Origin: Spizellomyces punctatus DAOM BR117
Taxonomy: Eukaryota
Length of the DNA stretch: 64,000 nucleotides
Strand: one strand, 5' to 3'
NCBI GenBank assembly: GCA_000182565.2
Contig: KQ257452.1
Program-made: the position numbers and the translations under genes
Shown: positions 35,367 through 48,104 of the stretch, one piece after another
How the letters are laid out: each line of letters begins with the position of its first letter
Position numbering within the stretch: the first letter of the stretch is position 1
Notes under the pieces: model-generated
What the model was told of the DNA's origin: nothing
What the model saw: the letters and a program-made list of their open reading frames with translations, nothing else
Database searches by the model: none

Positions 35367-37162
35367 ATGGTGTTTCATACGAATGGTGGGCTGGAAGGGG
35401 AACGGGGTGTCACGACCTCTGCTCCCCATCCCTTTCAAGCCGCCGCACAAACACTTCTCAGCGCACTGGAAAACTTGATGCTCATTGACGAACATGGGCA
35501 TTCACGGACCCAAACAACCCTGTCAGCACGCGGCGATGCGCTATTCCATCCCGGTAAACGTCGACCCTCTGAAAAAACACCACGACAAACCGACGACGAA
35601 ATGGATATCGACGAAACAGAAAAAGAGTCAGATCGATCCCCGTTGAAACGAAAACGGGATGCATCGGCGTTTCCATTACCGGATGCCAAATCCCATCGTA
35701 TCTCTGCTGCTCTTTCTTCAAGGCTACAGCGGAGCTTACGTGTTGCAGAGGGCACGGACGATCCATTACTTCCTACCCCCATTGAACCCACCGACTCATC
35801 CCGCCCAAATTTTCCCAGACGCACCACAACCCGTCGTCCCTCCCGCCCACCACGAAACGACAGCGTCACCTCCCTCGACACAGACATGCACGCAACAGAT
35901 CTCATCCGTGATATGAGCGCCTCCTCCCTTTCCTCGCCCATTAGCCCCGTGTTTGGTTTATCCCGTGGAAGCAGTTACTCCGAACTAGCCGACCCCATGT
36001 CCATTACAGCGTGGATTGAATGCCAGGCCCGTCGGAACCACATGTCAGTCCCCAAAATGCAAGACGCGTGGAACGAAAAGCGGAAAGAGTTGGAATATAA
36101 TTTAACGCTCCTTGCTAATGGAGTCCCGAGTGATTCTTATCAGGATTTGAAAAGTATTACGGAAAAGATTATGGAGAGTGCCAAGTGGCTTTCGGTTGGG
36201 AATTTGGATGAGCTTGGTGTGAGTTGACTTGTTTTTCCCACCCCCGACTTTCTGTTGATAACAAACGTTTGTGTAGGACCTGGTTCCCCTCTGGCGCATG
36301 ATGGAACCCAACATTGACAATGTAGTCCACTACATCCGCATTGTCGAAGACATGAAATCCACCATCCAAACCTCCTTCCACATGACAGGCTGCCTCCCAA
36401 CAGACCTAACCCGCATGCGCACCTGCCTAGACGAAAAGAAACACTTGTGGGGCACGACACTCTCTGATGACGCGAATGCATGGCGGGTCCTTGGTTTTCC
36501 TGTGGATGAATTGCGGGGTGTGTTGGCTGCGGCTGCTGCGTGGATGTACGGACTGGCATGGGCATGTTTTGTCCAGATTGATAATGAAGTGAATCGATTG
36601 GATCGACCTGATGGAATTCAATCCGTATGTACCAGAATCCCGACATTTTCACTCGCACGTAAACTAACGACGCTTGAAACAGTTGATGGACCCAATTTTC
36701 TCTGCCCTCCTCTTTGCCAAAGACTGCGCCGAATTCATCCAAAAACCATTTTACCCCCGCGTTCTCATCGCAGCGTATACCCTCACAACCCTCTACACAA
36801 CATGTACCCTCACAGCCTTTTCCCAACTCCTCCAACGCTCCAATAAACCCCGAACCGAAGTCCGCGTTTTACACCTCTTTGGCAACCTTGTTCGTATCCT
36901 CGACGGTATCCATCTCATGCGGGGCCCACCCATCGATGATCCAGCTTTAGATTCAGTGGCACAATCAACAGTTGAAGCGGGTCTCCAGTTGTGTGAATAC
37001 GTTGCTGCGAGGAATTGTGTGGAGGGTGTGGGTGGGCGACATGTTTTACTGGTAGATCTTGTGTGTCGGTTTGTGGGTGCTGTTGTACGGATGGGCAAGA
37101 GTGCGGGGGATGAGGAGCGGTTAAAGAGGCTTTTGGGACGGGTGCCGGTTGAGAGTGGGTGA
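35367..37162 (+). CDS. Hypothetical protein (disordered S/P/R-rich N-terminus, helical C-terminus), 3 exons
   Basis: Three long ORFs linked by GT-AG introns near 36218-36277 and 36625-36681. Confidence 0.65.
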
Positions 37163-37978
37163 AGCCTCTCATAAAAAACAATTGTGGGATGTTTGTGTGT
37201 GATTGAGGAATTTGGTTTGTAAAATCTCCCTTTTTAACAGATTGGATGTCAGGGATTTTTTAGGTCTTGCGTTGATGTCCCTAAATTGTATAATCCTTGG
37301 TGGTCATGACCGAGATGAAATGCAAAAGATGAAAGGCAGTATCGTATTTTTGGTGCAGGAATGTGCAAGACAAGCACTGGCTGTACCAAAGCAAACGGTC
37401 TGGGATATCAACATTTTGGCACCAGAAAGTGTTCAAATGGGGGAGTGTATTTTGCAGATATGATTTATTGTGGCGACCACAAAGGTTTGCGTAAGTTGGT
37501 ATCAGGCAATGCAAGTCTATTGATTAATAAAGTTTGGTGGTATTTCATCTAGTGTCCTCTCTTTTTACAAGAAGCTTTCATGTTGTCAAAAGCCCAGGGG
37601 GATAACGGAGGAAGATCATTCTGGCATGTGTGTTTTGCGCAGCAAATAAACCCAAAATGCTTCAATTGTCCAAGCGGCCCATCAAAAGAAAAAAACAAAG
37701 CCTTTGGGGTTTTTATTCGACGTTTAGAACACTTTCCACACACACACACACTTGCAGAAGAGCTCTTGGAGGGCCCCACCACTCCTTTTGAAAGCCCCTT
37801 GTATCTTTCACGCGCTGAACGGACCTTTATCCCCTCCGTCCCCAAAAATAACACTCGCCAATTGGGAGGCAACCCCCTCCACCCGTTTTATCAGAAACCT
37901 TTTTATACGCACCTTTCTCTGCTCTCCCCCCACCACCACCACCACCAGCACACACACACACACACACGCAGAATCAAA

Positions 37979-39508
37979 ATGTGCGCACACGATCGTGCCG
38001 AACCCGCGGTCATTACACCCAAAGAACTCGGCGAGTGTAATAAGCCTGAGCGGGCTCTACTGGCTGTTCGTGGCAAAGTGTACAATGTGACAGAGTTTGT
38101 GGAGCGCCATCCGGGTGGACGGGATATTCTGTTGATGGCCGCTGGAAGGGATGTAACGCAGGTTTTTGAGACGTATCATGATGAAAAGGCGGAAAAGGTG
38201 TTGAGGTATGGTTTTTTGTTTGCAATTCTTGCGAGGTGTGAGCATGAATGTTTGGTGTTGATTGTTTTTTCTTTTATAGCAAGTACCATGTGGGAGACTT
38301 GACGGACCCTGGCCCACTTCCAACCTTTCCCCTCCCCTCAACGTTCAACACGACACTCCGCCAACGTATCGCCGACTACTTTACCACTACACACCAAGAC
38401 TCCCAAATACCATCCTTACCATACACTCCACTACCTCCTCATCGCCNNNNNNNNNNNNNNNNNNNNNNNNNNNNNNNNNNNNNNNNNNNNNNNNNNNNNN
38501 NNNNNNNNNNNNNNNNNNNNNNNNNNNNNNNNNNNNNNNNNNNNNNCTTTTTGGGCATCCTGTGCGCTCAGTCGTGTTTTACGATTGTGCATGATGGGTC
38601 TCATGCGTCCTTTACCCATCGGCCGTGGATTTGGAAGGCGTTGGGTGCTTGGCATGATTTTATGAATGGGGCGAGTCAGGTTGCGTGGTTTTATCAGCAT
38701 GTGTTGGGGCATCAGTAAGTTTCATCCTTTTTTTAATAGTGTTTTTGTTGTTTATGGCATTGATTGATTTTTGTTGTTCTTACCTAGTCCTTATACGAAT
38801 GTTCCGGACGCTGACCCCGATATCGACGTTGCATCCGTACATTTTCGACGTATCCGTAAAGACCAAACATGGTACCCCTTTTACCTCCTCCAACACGTTT
38901 ACGCACCCGTCATGTACAGTCTTTACGGTCTCAAATCCCGTTACGACGATATTGCCATCCTCTATTTTTCCAAACGCCGCGGTTCCATCCCCGTGAACCC
39001 CCTCACACCTTCCCAACACGCCCTCTTTTGGGGCGGAAAGGCTTTCTTTGTCTTTCACCGTCTCGTTCTCCCTGCATTCTTTATGCCCCTTTCTCAGGTC
39101 CTTTATTTCTTTGTATTAGCGGATCTAGCCACAGCATGGACGCTGGCACTCGTTTTTCAAGCCAACCACGTAGTCCAACACGTGGACTGGCCCACACCTG
39201 ACCCGAAAACAAATACAATCAACCAAGACTGGATGGAACTCCAAATCCGTACTGCGCAAGATTACAGCCACGACGGATTCTTGACGACTAAATTGACGGG
39301 TGGATTAAATTACCAGGTCGTCCATCATGCGTTCCCGCAGATTTGTCAGTGGTATTACCCGGAAATTGCCCCGATTGTCAAGAGCACTTGTAAAGAGTTT
39401 GGTGTGCCCTACACGGTTCGAAAGGACTTTTGGGAAGCGATTGGTGATCATGTGAGGTTGTTGTGGGATTTGGGGAGAGATGCGCGCGTGGAGAAAAAGG
39501 CCAAGTAA
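37979..39508 (+). CDS. Front-end fatty acid desaturase (Delta5-like) with cytochrome b5 domain; spans an assembly gap
   Basis: KVYNVTEFVERHPGG; His boxes HDGSH, QHVLGHHPYTN and QVVHH (GGLNYQVVHHAFP). Confidence 0.9.
38447..38546. other. Assembly gap (100 N)
   Basis: Run of N. Confidence 1.
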
Positions 39509-39721
39509 TGGGCAAATGGGTTTCAACTAGACTTGAAATAGTGTGCCTTCCGTTAATGGAGGAAAAAACAAAAAACTACAGATGTAACTGTAACGGACTT
39601 TCGATGAAATATACCAAAAGACGTTTTCTATAACTTTTCTTCATCATCATAATTCATTATCTATGTATACATTATTATAAAAAGTGGTCCTCGCTTACCA
39701 ACTCTGTATATACATGGCTTC

Positions 39722-41564
39722 TCACTTTGACGACGACGAGGTGTCGTGGTCATCCAGTTTTCGCTTCAATGTGGGGAGCACCTGCACCGGCGACTCGGAA
39801 GGAAGTGAGGGCATATCCCCCTCGCTTTGATCGTGATTCGGTAAACATGTCAACACGTCCAAGACTCGAGTGCTAGCCCGTTTTGGCGACGACAAGGGCA
39901 ATTCCATAAGGGGTGGCTGTACGCTAAAGACCAAGCACATAACACGTCAACAGATAAACACTAGAAGGGGGCATGTAACAAACGTGCACTCACTCGCTAG
40001 GTTCAATCTCAATCACAACGACAGAAACATCATCCCACATCCGTCGACGCTCAGTCCAAAACAACTCTTTTAAACCCCCACACTGTCGTGCACAAAGAGC
40101 ATCCACATAGTTGACCAATCTCGCCGCCCCAACAGACCCAACAGGTGTGAAGCCTCCACCTACATCCCTGGGATCCCCACGATCATCCAACACCTTTTCC
40201 AACCGTCCAGCCCGACCAAAAGCTTCCAATACACGTTCAGCAGCCATATCGGCATCCCTACTCTCCAAACACCCCCACAACCCATCACTCCCCAAAACAA
40301 CCAAATACCCCCGTTTTCGTTCCAGTTCCAAAATATGGACATCAGGCACGCCTTGAAAGAGCCTTGGTTCAATCTTCATGATCACATCTCCCATGGCGTC
40401 ACCCATGCCTAAATGTTTGACTGGGAATCCATATGGATTGATAAACTCTTGTGGACGGAACACGCGGGCGTTGGATAGACATCGGATCGCCGTTCGTGCA
40501 TTCTGGGGAAGTGGTTGCGTGATGGGTGGGTCGGATTTGGATTCTCGAAAGAGGCCACCGGCTTTTTGGATAAAGAGGGCTTTGGTGGGGTGGGAGACAG
40601 TGTGGTCTTCTGTGATGTGCCAGCGGGTATAGCTGGGTGGGGTTGGTGAGTCGTGGCTGGGAGTTGGGTTTCGTCGGGTGGTACCACTTCGGCCAATGAT
40701 TGTGCGTGAGTCGCCGACGTGAGCGGTCAGGATCCATTGCTTGGCGTACAATACCACTACATTCAACGTGCATCCGTCGTCAGGAGGTTTGTGCCCTCCT
40801 GGGTTTTTTGTGTACTCCATATACTCGCTTTTCCGCATCTCGCAAAACTGATGGTCAAGTTCCTGAAAGGCTTTTATCATGGCTTCCTTCATGGCCCCCT
40901 GCTCTTGAGGTTCGTTCAATTGCCATGTTGCCCGGGAGTTGAAGCATGAGAGTATCTTTCCTGGTATCCGACGCACAAACCATTCCGCCGCCGCCCTTCC
41001 ACCATGTCCGTCAGCAAGGCAAAAAACGTGGAGTGTTTTCCCATCTTGGGCGGTCAAGGTCTGGTTGGAACGAGGCATGTAAATGACATCCTCCATCGTA
41101 TCGTGCAGTGGGCGGCAACCTCCGTCAGACTCCTCCCACCATCCTCGAACACCTGCGCCAGCCCAGGTAATGCTGCGGTGGACAGGAGACGTGATGTTGG
41201 CGTGAGGTTCGAGATCAATCTCTGCGATACTGCGCGGATCCAAGTTTCGCAGCGTTATCCATGACCGTCGGACTGCCGCAACTACGGGTGAGACAGATTG
41301 GACAGCATATAATTTATCATGAATATGTTCTATCGTCTTGAATGCCTCGATATGGCGCAAGTAGCGATACACTTGTAGTACTCTTAGGTCAATCCCTTCG
41401 TGATCCAACGCTACAGATCCGCTCGCGTCCGAGTCAGACTCCTTGTCCTTTACATCCAACGCCGATACCTCATCCTCTAAGCATGGTACGGCCGACGCAA
41501 GACCAAGAATACGCAAACTCTGGATGCACGACGTGAGACATTCCACTGTTCCCACCTGTGCCAT
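39722..41564 (-). CDS. PP2C/PPM-family protein phosphatase with N-terminal extension (start probably 41564)
   Basis: MED, LADGHGG, DGCT, HVGDSR, TEDH, MGD, LGSDGLW, DDVSVVVI; short last exon ending at 39722. Confidence 0.8.
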
Positions 41565-41735
41565 CCCCAACAAATCTCTCCAAACCCTCCTCCCCCAACT
41601 TTCTCCGTTCCCCGCGACGCGCGACTGAGCCCTGCATGACTCGCATGACTCACTTGAGGAATAAGCCACGGCACCATGACGACCACCTTCAACTCTTCCT
41701 TTGGAGATCATTACATATTTTGTCTACGAAGCAAT

Positions 41736-44310
41736 ATGTCTGAGCCAGCACCGACAACAGAGGAGATCACACAAAAGATGGAGGAGGTTGTTCTCGGTGA
41801 GGACGGAAAGCCGCTTTCAAAATCTGCTTTGAAAAAACTCGAAAAGGAGCGAGAGAAGGAGAGGAAGAAGGCTGAACGCGAGGCAAAATTGGTAATGCCC
41901 GGCCCGACATCTTTCTATCTGATACAAAAGTATTTAACGATTCGGTATGTGAAAGGCTGCGGAGAAAGCTGCAAGGGATGCGGCGACTCCTGTAAGTGCA
42001 ATCACTGGTGATCTCGCCAGTGTTACTTTTTTTTCAACCAATTGGTTTCGGATGTAGGACTGTTCCAAGGACCGATATGGCAACCTGCCTTTGAACCAAT
42101 CCCAGGACCGCCCAGGTACACGGCGGAGACATGATCAGGAAAGGACGATTGCCCGAAAGGACGCACATATTCACATTTTATTCTTGTATCAGGTCATCCG
42201 CGCAAGAAGATTGTGGGATTGTCAAAGAGCGATGTTGATCAAACAATCCTGCTGAGCGCTCGTGTACAGACTTCCCGTCCTACTGGTAATATATGCCCGT
42301 GAAACAGCTCTTGTCAACGGCGCATAAGTACTGACCACGATGCGCTGGTCGCAGGTAGCAAGAAATGTTTCCTGACTTTGCGACAGGGGACGGTCACCGT
42401 GCAAGGTGTCCTAACTGTTGACGACACTACCATCAGCAAACAAATGCAAAAATTTGCTGCCAGGTTAGAATAAGTGTTATCATCATCTCGATGAGGGAAT
42501 CCCACTGATGCGGTCGTCCCATCCTTGTAGTATCTCAGTCGAATCACTTGTGTTGGTTGAGGCCAAAGTGGTGGAAGCGCTCAAGGAGGTCACGTCATGC
42601 ACGGTTCAGAATCTGGAACTCCAAATTGAAAAGGTAGATAGGCCTGAAAGCGTCCTTGTCGGATATGATCTCGTTACTCACACCACATTTTGCTCAGCTC
42701 TACGTTATCAGCGAAGCAAGCCGTCTTCCATTCACTCTTGAAGATGCCTCAAGACCTGAACCCGAGTTTGAAAAGGTATGCTACGTTAAAGTAGGGTGCT
42801 CTCTTGTTGTCTTTACCAGAGCCTTGACCCTACTTTGCAGGACCCTTTGCTGGTGCGCGTTAACCTTGACACCAGATTAAACAACCGACCAGTCGATCTA
42901 AGGGTACGTTGCATATCTCGTTGACCAATCGGTTATCACTTGCAGCCACGCTTACATGTATACAGACCATCACAAACCAAGCTGTTTTCCGCATGCAACA
43001 CGGCGTCTGCCGCTTGTTCCGTGAATACTTGGAAGCCAACAACTTTATTGAGATCCACACTCCCAAGTTACTTGGAGCTGCAAGTGAAGGTGGTGCAAAT
43101 GTGTTCAAGGTGGAATACTTCAAGGGTATGTGGCTCCCCTCTGATTACATTTACGAATTCACCTAGTTCTCATCAATGAGTCTTTCCATGACAGAAAATG
43201 CATACCTAGCGCAATCCCCTCAATTCTACAAGCAGATGATGATTTGCTCTGACTTTGAACGAGTCTTTGAGATTGGACCAGGTATATCACCAAGATTTCT
43301 TGTTTCATGTTTGGTCGCACTAACACTTCAACCCCTCATAAAACAGTTTTCCGTGCTGAGAACTCTCAAACTCACCGACACATGACCGAATTTGTTGGTC
43401 TCGATCTCGAAATGGCATTTGACGAGCACTATCACGAGGTGGGTCCCCGAACACAACATGTCTGACCGCAACCTTTGTACCCATCCATTCGCATTTAGGT
43501 TCTTGACCTGATCGGCGGCCTGTTTGTACACATCATCAAAGGTCTCAAGACCCGTTACGCGGCCGAGATTGAGGTTGTGAAGCGGCAATATCCTTTTGAG
43601 GACTTTGAGTTCCTTGAGACCACCTTGCGTCTCGAGTACCCGGAAGCTGTCAAGATGCTGAGAGAGGCAGGTGTAGAGATGGACGATTTCGTTGATCTCA
43701 GGTACGAAACAATACGCGCCGTTTTGAATTTCACCAATCGTCTTACATGTTCTTTGCTTACTGTTTAGCACTGAGAACGAGCGTCTGCTTGGCAAACTTG
43801 TCAAGGAAAAGTACAAGACCGATTTCTACATGCTTGACAAGTTCCCCTTGGCTGTGCGTCCCTTCTACACCATGCCCGACCCGAACCGACCAGTACGTTA
43901 ACATTGCTCTGTGGTCAAGAATCCGAATAATATATTGACCCCACCGTTGTTACAGGGATACAGTAACTCGTATGACTTTTTCATGCGTGGCGAGGAGATT
44001 CTTTCTGGGGCACAACGTGTACATGACCCGAAGCTGCTGGCAGAGCGCGCCAAGGAACACGATATTGAGCCCAGCACCATCCAGCCGTACTTGGATGCGT
44101 TCAAATACGGAGTTCCGCCTCACGCAGGTGGTGGTATAGGTACGTGGCTTTTATAGGTCAGTTGCAACCCCGCGTCTTATCCGTATCTCATCATTTGCTG
44201 CCTATTTTTTTTTGAAAGGTCTGGAACGTGTCCTCATGTTGTTCTTGAACTTGGGTAACATCCGTAAAACGTCATTGTTCCCCCGTGATCCCCACCGACT
44301 GGCACCATAA
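41736..44310 (+). CDS. DPS1: Cytosolic aspartyl-tRNA synthetase (~14 introns)
   Basis: [104 protein letters not shown]. Confidence 0.97.
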
Positions 44311-44488
44311 ACATTCTGTTCCAAAAACTACATGCCATTTGATTTTAAAAGTTGTACTACATTAGAAGAATATATACAATGGCTTTCAAACGGCACCACA
44401 TAATTTCGACACTCTAGGCGTACAGAATAAATAGGCGATTGTTTTTTTATACCAAAAAGTCATTAGTCTTTTGTCCAACACCGCAGCG

Positions 44489-47400
44489 TTAGTTTTTCTT
44501 GTCTTCTGCAGATTCATCATCATCTTTTGTGACCTTTCGTCTTCGCTTCTCAAGAGCCATTTCCTCCGTGTGAGGAATAATTTTGACACTGATAAAATGT
44601 AAGTCGTTGGTATCTCCTTCTCATATGATATATGCATGTGCCGATCATACCGGAAGGGTAGCGGGACCTCAGTGACTGCTCTAAACTTGCCAATGTTGTT
44701 TGTATGCTCGTTCTCCCTGTGACCACAAGAGGTACATGATGCCATCCTATGTCCACGTACTAAGGAAAACCTACATCCGAATGATACTCCACATAAAGCG
44801 TCTATAAAAGTAAAATTCATGGGTGAGCATGCCAGTTCTAGCAGAGTAGACAACGAAAATACCTAAAGAGTTCCAAAAGCGCTTGCACGTAAATCAATAT
44901 CCGAGCATCGTTGAACACCCCCCAGTTGTTGGGTGACAGGAGGAAAACCCACGACAGTCTCAAAAGGAAGTTGACCCTGTTCATCTCCGCTCTTGAGAAT
45001 GGGTAGCCAAGTGAAATAACTCGCTACAAAGCAGTCTCACCCGATGGATGTCATGTAGAGCCATGGCGGATACACAATCACTTTTCGCAGGTATTTGTGA
45101 TACTTGTTCTTCTGGAGAAGACCCCAGTCGTATAGCACATCCCAAGCATATGCATACATTGATGCAAAAATGGCAGACACTACGACAAGCGCGATGATGA
45201 GTATAACGGATCCTTGTCAGAAATTCACAGAGGTCTTTACATATCCAAAAGACGCGAGCTACAGTGCTCCCGTTGATACGAGCTGCAGCGGAAATGAAAA
45301 CAACCGATAGAGACAGACAGTACTTGACCGCATTCGTCAAGTGCGGGTGTACAAGACGGTTGTCGTAATAACCTTGTGATAGGTATGTATGATTAAAAAA
45401 GTATCACCAAACATACTGCACAATATACGTACGACGAAGACACTGGAGAAGCCGCCATGTCGCCGGGATAGCGGTAATAAATGGCACAACCCAGGAATGG
45501 GAGAACTCGCAGTGATCAGCTAGATGAATGAAGATAAGTCTACGGTGCCGCTTTGTACAAGAGCCGTGCCAAACAAAAACATACCTAATCTGTCAAATTG
45601 GTGGAAAGTGGTGCACACTAGAATTTGCATCGATACGAACATGTACGTCTGCAGAACCATAGATAAGCAGAGCGCAACAAGCCTCCTAAGGAGATCGATG
45701 CTGATTACCATGGAACTGAGGAGATCTGTGATAAAGAAGTCTCGAAATTGAACTTCAAACAGGCCCGAAAAGGTTATTCTACCCTGTAAACTGAATTATG
45801 AGTATTATGAATGCTGACATCAAATAACGGCAAGCCTAACCAAGGTTCGTATGAACCATTTCCGCGACGATCGGTGAAAGAAATTGAAGGGGTTTATCAG
45901 GATCACGATTATAAGGAGAAGGAGCATCTGCCAATGAGGGAATCAGGACCATGCTATATCACCGTGCGTAACATTGGCCATCTTACCACTGGATACCAAT
46001 TGAGGGGAATGAAGGGGAAGATATTGTCGTCCATGGCAAAGTACATGTTGTATGCAAAGAGGAAGAGCAATATAGATGCCACCTCCGAAAAGCCCTCGGG
46101 AGGTAAATAATCTGCGTTTCAAGGAATATCTGAGATCCAAGATCTACGATCTGCCCCCGGCGCATGAAATCTCCGTACCTCTAGGATCGAGCTCGAATAC
46201 GAGGACCCAGTTTACATGATATCTCGCCCAGATTACGAGTAGCATTGAATAGTAGAAAAGGAAGAAAATGGGTATACTGGAATGAATCAAAAGGGTTGAT
46301 AAAGTCATACTGGCTGAGACGGGCTCGCATAGGCCGTACCTGAAACCGCCATAAATGAGCAGAATCAGTGCAACGTTCTCATCTGGAATTCCGCCTGTGA
46401 AGGTCTTCCGCAGAGTCAGCGCGATCGCTGGAATGGCCAAGCCAACAAAGAGCCCTGTACGCCACGAAGTAAACCCTTGCGACTACATGACGTAGTTTGG
46501 TAAACATCTATTAGTTGACAAACTTATACCGTGCGTCTCCAAACCTGCGCTTTGAGATCCGGAATCCGAAGTTTTCTCATTGCCGAGTGCCGATCTCCTT
46601 CTGCAAACACCTCCGTGTACAAAGCTTCCGTTTCGGCAATCAGATCTTCCACCTTATTTGACGTAAAGAGGTGGAGACTCTTGGCTCGGGATAAGTATAT
46701 CTCGCTGCCGACCCCAGTAACTGTTGCATAGATGAGCACACTGGTAAGGACGATCCAAACTCTCCCAATTGATAGCTTTTTCGTTCTTCTTGAGAATCTT
46801 TGTGAGAGAGGTTTGGTTTATGATTCTAAAGTTTTTCAACAGCTAGCATTGAGGTGTCGATATGATTTCTCGGACTCAGGTAATCAGTACGTCTTACAAA
46901 CCTCCAAAAGTCTGTAATACTTTGACAGAGTCAGATTTAGTCTGCAAGTGTTTTTACCATATCATCAAGATCATTGCACTACCTCAAGGAATGCCTTTTG
47001 TAGGCGGCTCCTGGGGTTTTTCACAACCGGTGTAAAATTCTCGGCCTCGACAGCGGCTGGCGCATCCGCGATAATCTCATCATGTTGCACACTTCTTGGG
47101 GCCGGTCCTTCTTGAGGCGAATCGCTTCCGCTATCATTCTCAGTATCCGAGTGTCGCCTCTGTCGTACAGGTCGTCAGTATGTGGTCCGCAAGCGGATCG
47201 TCCGCGTGCACTTACGTCCGTTCTAGTTTGCCGTTGTTCCATAATGATGCATTGGCGACGAAGATCCTCCAGCCTCCGAGATGCATCCTGTTCCTTTCCT
47301 TCGCCGCATTCAGTCAAGTGAACAAAGCACGTACTGAAGACCGGCTTGTAGTGACTAACCAAGAAAAAAGGCGTCTGCCTTTCGCAACTCCCTATCTAGC

Positions 47401-47873
47401 TGTTGGAAGAAGCGCACCTCCTCTGGCGCCAGCTGGGCTTCTTCCAACATCAAGACAAGATTTTCTTTACGAAAATTTGAGCAACTTGTCAGTTAACTAC
47501 AATACTGTTGCGGACGTACCATCGTCCTTTGGCTGATGGGATTCATTTGTAGTGGCTCGCGAGTGCAACCGGGACCCGTCACGCTGGACGACAAGTGACT
47601 CAGTGGAACCTTCCAACGATTGTAGACTCTCCTCCTGTGAGCTTTGCGCCGAAGAATCTTTCGCACGCTTCGCTTTATCCCGCGCTGCAACAACTTTCTT
47701 GATACTTTTCTTGAGTTGCCGATAATTGACATACCGTGATCTCCACTACGGAAAAGTCAGAGTGTCAAAATGGGTTATCGCGAGGTCGGACCGGGCTGTC
47801 AAGCAGATGAGCAAATGGACAAGTCTCTCACCTCCGGTACGCTGTTTTCTGCCAAGTACTTTGCAAACTTCAT
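44489..47873 (-). CDS. SYG1: SPX-EXS phosphate exporter (SYG1/XPR1); 3' end approximate
   Basis: MKFAKYL.ENSVPEW, LKNFRIINQTSLTKILKK, GDRHSAMRKLRIP, VNWVLVFELDPR, HLTNAVKY, ENEHTNNIGKFRAV.EVPLPF. Confidence 0.9.
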
Positions 47874-48104
47874 GACGATCAACAACGAATATCCATCGTC
47901 AGAAAAAAAGGTGTGATATCTTGATTCTTGCTGCGCTCGAAGCGATCGCTCACCGAATGTCACGAGGCTCATTTAACCAAATTGGGACAAGCAACTTGAA
48001 CCCAAAAAAAACCAAAAGCTGAACCCTGACTTTTTACCAGAGCACAGCGTCCGGATCACGATCAGGAATTTTGGAAAGCATTTCAACACAAAAGTTCCGT
48101 CAAA

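Noticed and set aside
37931-37968. (CAC)n/(CA)n tract giving a poly-His N-terminal extension of the desaturase
   Set aside because: It is a simple microsatellite in the likely 5' UTR; homology starts at the ATG at 37979.
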